Assembly: GCA_942490825.1 (NCBI GenBank)
Contig: CALNYG010000013.1
Coordinates: 189,359 to 253,358 of the forward strand
Source of the DNA: Candidatus Moraniibacteriota bacterium
GTDB lineage: Bacteria; Patescibacteriota; Minisyncoccia; Moranbacterales; GCA-2747515
Length of the DNA: 64,000 nucleotides
Reading direction: 5' to 3'
A model generated the notes under the pieces. That model saw nothing but the letters and a program-made list of their open reading frames with translations, did no database searches and was not told the origin of the DNA. The translations under genes and the position numbers were made by a program. This document shows, in pieces, positions 12,673 through 20,379 of this stretch (position 1 is its first letter; each line of letters starts with the position of its first letter).

Positions 12673-13033
12673 TTTCTATTTTAGCTAAACGAGATTTAAT
12701 TTGTTTTATAATAGCATTTTTTTCATTTTGAGTTTCCTCACTGGATCGCTTTTTTAATTCACTTGCAATATCTTCTGCTTCTTTAATAATTTTTTTTGCT
12801 TGATTTTTAGTTTCAATAATCTTTTCTTTCTTTTCTTTGGCAAAAAGTTCTTTTTCTTCTCCTAATTTTATTTTTTGTGTTTTGACTTGCTTTAATTCTT
12901 TTTCATCTTTTTCAATTCGATCTATAATCGGTTTATAAAGAAACTTTTTTAAAATTATTAAAAGTAACCCAAAGTTTATCATTTGAGCGATTAAAAGTTT
13001 TATATCTATACCTAAATTTCCTAAAAATTCCAT
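12662..13033 (-). CDS. atpF: Fo ATP synthase b subunit (short, 123 aa)
   Basis: A single N-terminal TM helix (LIAQMINFGLLLIILKKFLYKPI) followed by a long charged helix. Overlaps the atpA start by 11 nt. Confidence 0.75.
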   Translation of the reverse strand: MEFLGNLGIDIKLLIAQMINFGLLLIILKKFLYKPIIDRIEKDEKELKQVKTQKIKLGEEKELFAKEKKEKIIETKNQAKKIIKEAEDIASELKKRSSEETQNEKNAIIKQIKSRLAKIENEK

Positions 13034-13177
13034 ATTTTATTTTTATAAAAACAATTTAAAAAAATCAAAAAATAAATATTTTTTTTAAAAGTGAACAAAA
13101 AAACATTAAACTTTTTGAAATTATCCACCTTTTCATTTTAAATGTAACTCACTTGTTGAATAGCAGATAGGTGAAAC

Positions 13178-13236
13178 GGAACAGAGAAATCTCAAAGTTC
13201 CATATCTTTATTTAAGCTTTGAGATCTCTCCATTCC
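13178..13236. repeat. long imperfect hairpin inside the atpE-atpF spacer
   Basis: ggaacagagaaatctcaaag (13178-13197) pairs with ctttgagatctctccattcc (13217-13236). Confidence 0.7.
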
Positions 13237-13466
13237 ATATTTTTTCACTGTACTCATCTTTTAATTATAAACAGTTTCAAAATATTTTATTCGAGATAGT
13301 ATGTGCAGAAATTTTTAAAGAGGTCTATTTTTTAAAAACTATAATTTTAATATAAAAGTTAAAAATTTTTAATTTAAAATAATTTGATAATTTTAATAAA
13401 TATAAATTCTATTGAGCTATTTAAAAATGAGTTTATTTAAATCTTTTAAAATATTCACCTAAAATA

Positions 13467-13682
13467 TTACTGAACAAATTTCAAAATAAGTGCAATTACC
13501 AAAGCATAAATTGCAATAGCCTCCGCAAATGCAATTGCAATAATCATCGTAATTTGAATTTTATCAGAATTTTCTGGATTACGTGCCATGCCCATTAAAC
13601 CAGCCGCTCCAATCATACCAATAGCTAATGCTGGTCCTATTGAACCAATTGCCATAGTAAAAGCTGATGAATCTTGAATCAT
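13467..13682 (-). CDS. atpE: Fo ATP synthase c subunit
   Basis: Two-helix hairpin with loop ARNPE and a carboxylate in AFAEAIAIYALV. Confidence 0.9.
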   Translation of the reverse strand: MIQDSSAFTMAIGSIGPALAIGMIGAAGLMGMARNPENSDKIQITMIIAIAFAEAIAIYALVIALILKFVQ

Positions 13683-13715
13683 ATTCTTATTTTTAATTAT
13701 TTATATTATTATCTT

Positions 13716-14450
13716 TTATTCAATATTATTAACCATGCTAGTTTTGATAAATGTCAAAGTTAACATGGTAAAAATAAAAGCTTGGATTATTCCTACAAAA
13801 ACTTCTAAAATCATAAACGGCAAAGGAATCAAATAAGGAATCAAAAAAGCGATAACTAAAAGTAAAACTTCTCCAGCAAAAATATTTCCAAATAATCGAA
13901 AAGAAAAAGAAAGCACTTTAACGCCTTCTGAAATTATTTCAAAAAAACCTAAAATAAATTTAATCGGATTCGTAAAATTAATAAATCTTTTTGAATAACT
14001 TTTAAATCCTAATTTACTTAAGGAAAAAAACTGGATAGCTAAAACTGAAAATAATGCTAAAGCTATCGTAGTGCTTAAGTCACTGTTTGGTGAACGTAAA
14101 AGCGATACTTTTTCTGATTGAAAATTAACAAAAAAAGATCCTAAAAATCCTGGAATTAGAGCTAATAAATTAGCGGTGACTATAAATAAAAAAAATGTAG
14201 AGATCAGAGGGAGAATTCTTTTAGACATTTCTCTTTCTTGAGTTACTAAATCCGTTAATTTTAATAACTCAAAAATTATAACTCGCATTGCTTTAATAAA
14301 AAGATTATTGCTATTCCTTTTTTTAAAATAAAAAAATATACCTAAAAAACTAAGTATTATGGTAACTAATATAGAAGTTAAAAAAGTATTTGTTATTAAA
14401 AAACCAAAAAAAGAAAAAATATATTCTGATTGTAGATTGATATTAATCAT
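13716..14450 (-). CDS. atpB: Fo ATP synthase a subunit
   Basis: Multi-TM protein with the conserved Arg context SFSFRLFGNIFAGE. Confidence 0.85.
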   Translation of the reverse strand: MININLQSEYIFSFFGFLITNTFLTSILVTIILSFLGIFFYFKKRNSNNLFIKAMRVIIFELLKLTDLVTQEREMSKRILPLISTFFLFIVTANLLALIPGFLGSFFVNFQSEKVSLLRSPNSDLSTTIALALFSVLAIQFFSLSKLGFKSYSKRFINFTNPIKFILGFFEIISEGVKVLSFSFRLFGNIFAGEVLLLVIAFLIPYLIPLPFMILEVFVGIIQAFIFTMLTLTFIKTSMVNNIE

Positions 14451-14673
14451 CTTTATTTTTAATTAAGGGAGCAAGTAGACGACGAACTTCATAAATAGTA
14501 GTAATAAATCCTAATAATAATCCTAAAAATAAAAAGATTAATTGTGTTTTAAAAAATTTACCTGCTAAAATTCCTAAAAACAAAAAACCAATTATAGGAA
14601 CTGTAATAAAAAAACCTAACTGCCAAGCAATTGATATTGCGTAAAATGTTTTGAAATTATTTTTTTTAGGCAT
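14443..14673 (-). CDS. small two-TM protein at the head of the atp operon (AtpI/AtpZ-like)
   Basis: 76 aa with two hydrophobic helices. Overlaps the atpB start. Assigned by position only. Confidence 0.45.
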   Translation of the reverse strand: MPKKNNFKTFYAISIAWQLGFFITVPIIGFLFLGILAGKFFKTQLIFLFLGLLLGFITTIYEVRRLLAPLIKNKDD

Positions 14674-14744
14674 TTAGTTTATTACAATTTTATTTTTCAA
14701 GTTAAACTAAGAATTTAATTTTAATTTTCAATTTGACTATTTTA

Positions 14745-14773
14745 ATTTTACGCCCTTATTAAACCATCGTCAA
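14745..14773 (-). promoter_or_regulatory. sigma70-like promoter for the atp operon
   Basis: The minus strand reads TTGACG-N17-TAAAAT, about 70 nt upstream of the first atp ORF. Confidence 0.45.
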
Positions 14774-15127
14774 ATTAAAAAAAACTTTTATTTAAATATG
14801 TTTCTATTTTATAAGAGCTAATAGATATTCCTTTTGGTAAATTTATACCGTTTTCAATTAACCTCTCTCCATTCTTAAATATTTATTTGTGACAAAACAT
14901 CACAAATGTTAATTATTAAAAATAATCACTGAGGAATAATTACTTAGAAATGATACTAGAAGTATTAGAAATAAATTAAAAAACTTAGCAAACAGGGCTC
15001 CGAACCCTGTTTGTACAGAGGTAGAATCCCTGTATGCGAAAAAATAATTAGTTATACTAGAACCAATAAACCCTTTCATAATCTTTAAAAGAAGGGATAA
15101 GCAAACCGTCTTTTATTTAAATTGCGT

Positions 15128-15360
15128 AGTATAGACATCACACCATGAAACCGCACTTTTTATAATTACATATCATTTCGAAAGATATTTTTTATTTAAA
15201 AGCTTGCATATTGCACGGCAGAAAGGTTAATTTATCTGGAATTTCAATAAGTTTTTCTGATATTTAACAAGATTCCGGATAAACAATTTTTCCGCTCCGC
15301 TACAAAATTATTTTCCGGAATGACATGGTTTGTGTGGTTTGTTAATGTGATGTCTATAGT
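15128..15360. repeat. B-family-containing element with roughly 13-27-nt terminal inverted repeats
   Basis: tatagacatcacacc at the left end and gtgatgtctata at the right end. The interior carries attccggataaa ... ttttccggaatgacat. Confidence 0.6.
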
Positions 15361-15451
15361 TTATTAGGGATGGTATTAATAGTATCAAATTAATACTACA
15401 TTTTGTATAAAAAAATCTTTTGGGTTTAAATTTAAATTATATTTTTTAGTA

Positions 15452-15480
15452 ATGACGGAAAAATTAAATTTTGCTATAAT
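15452..15480 (+). promoter_or_regulatory. promoter with an extended -10 upstream of the GT4 gene
   Basis: ATGACG-N17-TATAAT with a TG at the extended -10 position (TGcTATAAT). Confidence 0.45.
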
Positions 15481-15508
15481 AAATAAATATAAATAATAAA
15501 AACAAAGT

Positions 15509-16612
15509 ATGCGCATTGCGATTGACGGTTCGAGAGCTTTTCTTCATGAGAGGACAGGGATTGAGGAGTATTCTTATCAACTTATTAAACATTTGAGAAA
15601 ATATTTAATGGATGATCAGGTGATTTTGTATTTACGGAAAGGAACCGAAGAGAATATCGATTTCAATCTACCGCGAAATTGGGAAGTCAAAGAACTGAGT
15701 GCACGACGGTTTTGGACTTATTGGCGACTTTCTTGGGAAATTCTTTTTCATTGGCCAGATCGACTTTTGATTTCTAGTCATATTGTTCCGCCGATTCACC
15801 CAAAAAATACAACTTCGGTTATTCACGGAATTGAATATGAAATTTATCCAGAGGCTTATTCTAAAAAGGAATATCGTACGATGCGGCGAGGAATTCGTAA
15901 TTCTTGTAAATGGGCGAAACGAATTATTTGTGTTTCGAATAATACTAAAAAAGATTTAGTTGAATATTATGATGTTCCTGAAAGTAAAATGAGGGTTATT
16001 TACGAAGGTGTTAATCCTGCATATGAAAGTGAAGAGCATTATGATACTATTTTGTTGCAGAGAAATGGATTGGAAAGAAAAAAATACTTATTTTTTATTG
16101 GCAGGCTGGAAGAGCGAAAAAATATTATAAATATTTTGAAGGCGTTTGAGGTTTTAAAAACTCATTTTCGTGTGCCTCATAAATTAGTTTTAGCGGGAAA
16201 GCCTGGTTTTGGTTGGGAATATATTGAAGAGGAATTAGAAGAACATGAATACAAAGATGATATTCTTTTGACGGGTTTTGTGACAGATAAAGAAAAGTGG
16301 TCATTTTTGCGAAATGCTTCAGTTTTTGTTTTTCCAACTTTGTATGAAGGTTTTGGTTTACCGATTTTGGAAGCTCAACAGGTTGGCATTCCTGTGGTTA
16401 CTTCTGATCATTCTTCATTGAAGGAAGCGGCTTTGGAGAGCACTTTGATGGCGGATCCTCATGTTCCTGCAGAAATTGCGGAAAAGACTCATGTTTTAAT
16501 TAGTGATCAGGAAAAGCGAAATGATGTTATTAATAAAGGTTACGAAAATATTAAAAGGTTCAGTTGGGATCGTTGTGCAAAGTTGATGGCAAAGGTTTTG
16601 CGGATGGGGTAG
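15509..16612 (+). CDS. glycosyltransferase family 4 (GT-B)
   Basis: C-terminal signature FVFPTLYEGFGLPILEAQQVGIPVVTS. Confidence 0.8.
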   Translation: MRIAIDGSRAFLHERTGIEEYSYQLIKHLRKYLMDDQVILYLRKGTEENIDFNLPRNWEVKELSARRFWTYWRLSWEILFHWPDRLLISSHIVPPIHPKNTTSVIHGIEYEIYPEAYSKKEYRTMRRGIRNSCKWAKRIICVSNNTKKDLVEYYDVPESKMRVIYEGVNPAYESEEHYDTILLQRNGLERKKYLFFIGRLEERKNIINILKAFEVLKTHFRVPHKLVLAGKPGFGWEYIEEELEEHEYKDDILLTGFVTDKEKWSFLRNASVFVFPTLYEGFGLPILEAQQVGIPVVTSDHSSLKEAALESTLMADPHVPAEIAEKTHVLISDQEKRNDVINKGYENIKRFSWDRCAKLMAKVLRMG

Positions 16613-16946
16613 AGATTAATTTTCAATTTGCGAATTTTCAATTTTTAATGAATGTTTTAATGATAAAATTGTGAATTATGAATTATGAATTAAAATTTAA
16701 AATATTGTTGTGATGTAGCGTTTAGTCATTGGCTAATTTAGAAAAATAAGATGGAGGTTTAAGAAAATAAAAAAGCTATTTTAGGAGAAGATAGTCTTGG
16801 AGAATCTTTTTGGCGGGATACAAAATATATTATAATAGTATCAGTTTGGGATGTTTCCAAGTTATTTGAGAGCGTTGATTTAGAATTGTTTCGGAAGCAG
16901 TGGTCTTCGACACACTACTTCCGGCAAGATATTATTTATTACTATT

Positions 16947-18089
16947 ATGAAAACAACAAATTCAAAAAAAACCAAAAATTTAAAAATCGCTCTGGTTCAT
17001 GATTTTCTAATCTATCCTGGTGGAGCGGAAAAAGTATTGGAAACACTTTGTGAAATGTTTCCTGAGGCACCGATTTACACTTTGCTTTATGACGAAAAAA
17101 ACATGAAAGGAATGTTTAAAGATAAAAAAATTCACACTTCTTTTTTACAAAAATTTCCAAAGTTTATTCGCAAACATCATCGGTGGCTTTTGCCTTTTTA
17201 TGCTTCAGCGGTGGAGACTTATAATTTACGAGATTACGATTTGATAATTTCTAGTTCAGGTGCCTGGAGCAAGGGAATTGTAACTCGAGTTGATACAAAA
17301 CACATTGCTTACATTCATTCGCCAATGCGTTTTATCTGGGATGAAAATGAAAAATATTTAAAACGAAATAGAAATTTTAAAATTAATTTTTTTGTGCGAC
17401 AGATTTTAAGTTATTTACGGATTTGGGATTCTCAGGCGAGTAAACGACCAGATTTTTTAATTGCAAACTCTAAGTATACTCAAGCGAGGATTTCGAAATA
17501 TTATCGTCGTGATTCTGAAGTGATTTATCCGCCAGTGGATTTGGGTTTGCCATTGGCAAACCCCTACGATGCAATGACGGGTGAAAATTCAGAAAAGCCT
17601 TTTGTGATTATTTCGCGACTTTCTACTTACAAAAATGTGGTGTTGACAGTTGAAGCTTTTAATAAATTGAATTTACCTCTAGTTGTAATAGGCGATGGTG
17701 AGGAGAGAAAACATTTGGAGAAAATTGCTGGTCCAAAAATTGAGATTTTGGGTTGGGTTGATGAAAAGAAAAAACAGGAGATTTTAAATAATTCTCGGGC
17801 GTTTATTTTTCCGTCTGAGGATGATTTTGGGATTGTGTGTGTGGAGGCATTGAATGCTGGATTGCCTGTGATTGCTTTGCGAAAGGGTGGTGCGAGGGAG
17901 ATTGTGCAGGAGGGTGTTACGGGTGAGTTTTTTGATGCTCCAACGGTTGAGGTTTTGGCGGATGGCGTGAGGAGATTTTTGGAGAATGAGGATTCTTATG
18001 ATAGAGGAGTTATTAAAAAATCTACAGAGAGGTTCAGTAAGGATGTTTTTAAGGAAAAGATTTTGGGGTTTTTGGATGGGGTTTTGTAG
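16947..18089 (+). CDS. glycosyltransferase family 4 (GT-B)
   Basis: FIFPSEDDFGIVCVEALNAGLPVIALRKGGAREIV. Confidence 0.8.
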   Translation: MKTTNSKKTKNLKIALVHDFLIYPGGAEKVLETLCEMFPEAPIYTLLYDEKNMKGMFKDKKIHTSFLQKFPKFIRKHHRWLLPFYASAVETYNLRDYDLIISSSGAWSKGIVTRVDTKHIAYIHSPMRFIWDENEKYLKRNRNFKINFFVRQILSYLRIWDSQASKRPDFLIANSKYTQARISKYYRRDSEVIYPPVDLGLPLANPYDAMTGENSEKPFVIISRLSTYKNVVLTVEAFNKLNLPLVVIGDGEERKHLEKIAGPKIEILGWVDEKKKQEILNNSRAFIFPSEDDFGIVCVEALNAGLPVIALRKGGAREIVQEGVTGEFFDAPTVEVLADGVRRFLENEDSYDRGVIKKSTERFSKDVFKEKILGFLDGVL

Positions 18090-18129
18090 CGGTTTGGTTT
18101 TGTGGGTGATTTTTAGACAAAAGAAAAAA

Positions 18130-18159
18130 GTGATTATTTTTGGAATAATCGCTTTTTTT
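18130..18159 (+). terminator. intrinsic terminator after the GT4 gene
   Basis: Stem gtgattatt/aataatcgc (one G-U pair), loop tttgg, then a T7 run. Confidence 0.6.
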
Positions 18160-18176
18160 GGTGGTGATTTTTTTTA

Positions 18177-18202
18177 TAGAAAACTAAAGTAGACAGGCAT
18201 GG
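18177..18202 (+). repeat. left arm of the inverted repeat flanking orphan gene A
   Basis: tagaaaactaaagtagacaggcatgg. Confidence 0.8.
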
Positions 18203-18227
18203 TTTTTTGAAGTTGGAATTAGGAATA

Positions 18228-18254
18228 GGAAAAGAACGCCCTACGTTCTTTTCC
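18228..18254 (-). terminator. hairpin 12 nt downstream of orphan gene A
   Basis: Perfect 11-bp stem ggaaaagaacg/cgttcttttcc. Weak U tract. Confidence 0.45.
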
Positions 18255-18265
18255 CAGATAGAGGA

Positions 18266-18898
18266 TTACTCTTCGTTGTTAATATACGCTGCACTCGACG
18301 ATTGCTCCATAGTGATGGTTAACGTCCGCCTATTTCGCTGTATTTTAATCGGACCACACTCATATCGGCTCTGGTCTACTTCATATTTCAATGAAGCTTT
18401 TTTTGTTGTTTTTGGAAACCATGTCGTTCCGTTTTCAATTATTGGCAATATGTCAGCACTCATCCAGTCTTTCATCCATTGTGCTGAGTGAGCAATCTCA
18501 CTCTCTAGCATGCGAATCTCACTCTTGTTCAGGCTACTCCTTTCGGTTTGTAATCGTTGGTGAGCATTTTCTCCCCTTTCCCACATTTCTTTTTCATTTC
18601 CTCTAAGAACCATTTGTTTGGTACTCATAATTTTCTCTCCTGTTTCTTTGTTTGTAGGAATATAAACTTCCGTTGATGGTGTAGATGGTGTTGGTTCATT
18701 GCAATGTGGGCGGTTTGAAGCTCTTTGATTTCCTAAATCTGGTTTAAATATAGTATAGGCGAATCCTGCTAATACAAACAAACAAGCCACAGCTGTGCCA
18801 AGCGTAAAATCTTGAGATTTCCCTGTTAATCCATAAAAAGGAATTAATCCAATAGCTCCAGAACCGATTATTATAGTTGCATCATTAAAAAATGACAT
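18266..18898 (-). CDS. orphan membrane protein A (two N-terminal TM helices, P/S/T linker, soluble C-domain)
   Basis: 210-aa ORF. SD GAGGAGGA lies 5-6 nt before the ATG. An 11-bp hairpin lies 12 nt after the stop. No family recognised. Confidence 0.6.
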   Translation of the reverse strand: MSFFNDATIIIGSGAIGLIPFYGLTGKSQDFTLGTAVACLFVLAGFAYTIFKPDLGNQRASNRPHCNEPTPSTPSTEVYIPTNKETGEKIMSTKQMVLRGNEKEMWERGENAHQRLQTERSSLNKSEIRMLESEIAHSAQWMKDWMSADILPIIENGTTWFPKTTKKASLKYEVDQSRYECGPIKIQRNRRTLTITMEQSSSAAYINNEE

Positions 18899-18988
18899 AT
18901 TAATCCTCCTCTATCTAAAATTTTCTTCAGAAATTCCAAAAATCTAATTCAAAAATAATTTTATCTTTGAATAAAATTTAAGGAAAAC

Positions 18989-19010
18989 CCATGCCTACTT
19001 TAGTTTTCTA
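18989..19010 (-). repeat. right arm of the inverted repeat flanking orphan gene A
   Basis: ccatgcctactttagttttcta. Matches the reverse complement of the left arm at 22/22 positions with one 4-nt indel. Confidence 0.8.
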
Positions 19011-19038
19011 TTTGGTTGTCAAAAAACTATGATTATTA

Positions 19039-19067
19039 ATGTTAATATCATTAATTGAAAAAGTCAA
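19039..19067 (-). promoter_or_regulatory. candidate promoter for orphan gene A, outside the right IR arm
   Basis: The minus strand reads TTGACT-N17-TAACAT. Confidence 0.35.
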
Positions 19068-19108
19068 GCCCATTTTAGCGGAGCTCAGTAAATCTTCCAA
19101 AACTACTA

Positions 19109-19137
19109 TTGACTTTTTAGATATTTGGGTGTAGATT
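19109..19137 (+). promoter_or_regulatory. candidate promoter for the orphan B-C-D operon
   Basis: TTGACT-N17-TAGATT, about 90 nt upstream of ATG 19229. Confidence 0.45.
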
Positions 19138-19228
19138 TATATATCGTTCAAATGTAGTTCTTTTATTAACGAAATCATATTTTTGAACGAGTTATGGTTT
19201 TTATTGAATATTGGTTAGGAGGGAAGTT

Positions 19229-19660
19229 ATGAAATGGCTAACAAAGCTTAAAAAACGAATTAAAACGGATTTTCCTGAACCACCATTTTATCCTCCTGTG
19301 GAAAGTGATGGCGGAGGAGGTGGTGGTGAGAGAGCCTTGGTTCCAGTTTCAAAAAATGATTTAAATGATGATGGAGTCAAAAGTGGCGTGTATCGCGTTT
19401 CTTTGTGCGGTAAAAAAGCATTATTGTCAATTAATTTAGACATGGAAGATATGTGCTGTTTCTTTTTACAGGAAGCGGAACCTCGAAGATTTCCATTGAA
19501 TGAATTAAGTGAGTTCAAATGTGACCATAAAAACCCTTTGAAGAATACAGAGGTAAATCATATTCTTATGCGGGATACAGCTTATGGAACCAACAAAAAA
19601 GTCGAAGATCTGGCGGGGATATATGAGGCCTTAATAAAATTTAGTAAGGACGGGGGATAA
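19229..19660 (+). CDS. orphan protein B (143 aa; PP-rich and Gly6 linker)
   Basis: ATG 19229 is preceded by AGGAGGG at 19217-19223. The ORF-track TTG start at 19211 is rejected. No family recognised. Confidence 0.6.
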   Translation: MKWLTKLKKRIKTDFPEPPFYPPVESDGGGGGGERALVPVSKNDLNDDGVKSGVYRVSLCGKKALLSINLDMEDMCCFFLQEAEPRRFPLNELSEFKCDHKNPLKNTEVNHILMRDTAYGTNKKVEDLAGIYEALIKFSKDGG

Positions 19661-19664
19661 ATCC

Positions 19665-19994
19665 ATGAGGAAAGATAAATGGTACAGGAAAGTTGATCTT
19701 CTCTATATTTTCGGTCGAGAGGTTCATCTTTTACCTAAAGATGAAGTTGAGATTGACTTAGAAAAAACATCTAGTGCTGAAATCAGAATCAGAATTACTA
19801 CCAGCAGGTCTTTACCTTGCTCGTCTGTTCGTATCAATATGGACAGCGATATCTTGACGGAAGTTATAAGTTATAAAGATGATATTATTTTCCGCATTGC
19901 AAGTTGTTTAAAAGAAAATAAAAAAATAACCAAAGACGATGTGGAGGATATTATTAATAATATTATAATACAAGAAATGTCGCCTGAATGGTAA
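19665..19994 (+). CDS. orphan protein C (109 aa)
   Basis: Starts 4 nt after the stop of B, preceded by the G-rich SD GGACGGGGGA. No family recognised. Confidence 0.6.
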   Translation: MRKDKWYRKVDLLYIFGREVHLLPKDEVEIDLEKTSSAEIRIRITTSRSLPCSSVRINMDSDILTEVISYKDDIIFRIASCLKENKKITKDDVEDIINNIIIQEMSPEW

Positions 19995-20004
19995 AGGAGG
20001 GATT

Positions 20005-20241
20005 ATGAATTGGAGATTTAAGTCAGGAAGTACGAGGACTACTACTCCTCAAGATGAAAGTACAACTGCCACTGTTCAACAAGGTGTCAGTCAGTCCTCT
20101 CCAGTTTCAAATTCAAAAGATGACTTAGGTATAGTTGGTGCGATAATAATTTTTTTGATTTTTGTATTTATTGTCGCAAATGCTTTATTTGATATTCCTT
20201 TGAAAAATCTTCGGAAAAAAAAGAGCGATGAGTTGGAGTGA
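20005..20241 (+). CDS. orphan protein D (78 aa, S/T-rich N-terminus, single C-terminal TM helix)
   Basis: Starts 10 nt after the stop of C with SD AAGGAGGG. Followed by an intrinsic terminator. Confidence 0.55.
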   Translation: MNWRFKSGSTRTTTPQDESTTATVQQGVSQSSPVSNSKDDLGIVGAIIIFLIFVFIVANALFDIPLKNLRKKKSDELE

Positions 20242-20247
20242 TAAGAT

Positions 20248-20286
20248 GGGCAGTTGAGGAAAACCTCAACTCGCCCGTTTTTTTTA
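20248..20286 (+). terminator. intrinsic terminator after orphan gene D
   Basis: gggcagttgagg-aaaa-cctcaactcgccc (one bulge) followed by a T8 run. Confidence 0.7.
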
Positions 20287-20294
20287 TCAAAAAA

Positions 20295-20323
20295 ATGACA
20301 ATTCAAAAAAAATATAGTAGAAT
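20295..20323 (+). promoter_or_regulatory. candidate secDF promoter
   Basis: ATGACA-N17-TAGAAT. Confidence 0.4.
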
Positions 20324-20379
20324 AAAAGAGACTTGGGATTACTGAGTCTTATTTTCGTTATGTAATAAACCAAAACAAT

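Noticed and set aside
13034-13466. A degraded atpH (delta) or second b-subunit gene in the atpE-atpF spacer
   Set aside because: Hand translation of the minus strand gives only 15-23-aa ORFs with no resemblance to delta or b. I could not support a pseudogene call. It is left as an open check under the ATP synthase finding.
13467-13682. Na+-coupled c subunit
   Set aside because: The helix-1 Gln and the helix-2 Ser/Thr next to the carboxylate, as in the Ilyobacter/Propionigenium-type signature, are replaced by Ile and Ala/Ile. It looks like a proton-type c subunit.
16640-16700. Short tandem gaattat x3 and the ttttcaattt duplications after the first GT4 gene
   Set aside because: These are very short AT-rich microrepeats, expected by chance at this base composition. 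No higher-order structure was seen.
18207-18606. Plus-strand ORFs 18207-18491 (TTG start) and 18391-18606, overlapping orphan gene A
   Set aside because: They are antisense to the longer SD-preceded ORF A and have no SD or ATG context of their own. They are favoured only by the higher G+C of this segment.
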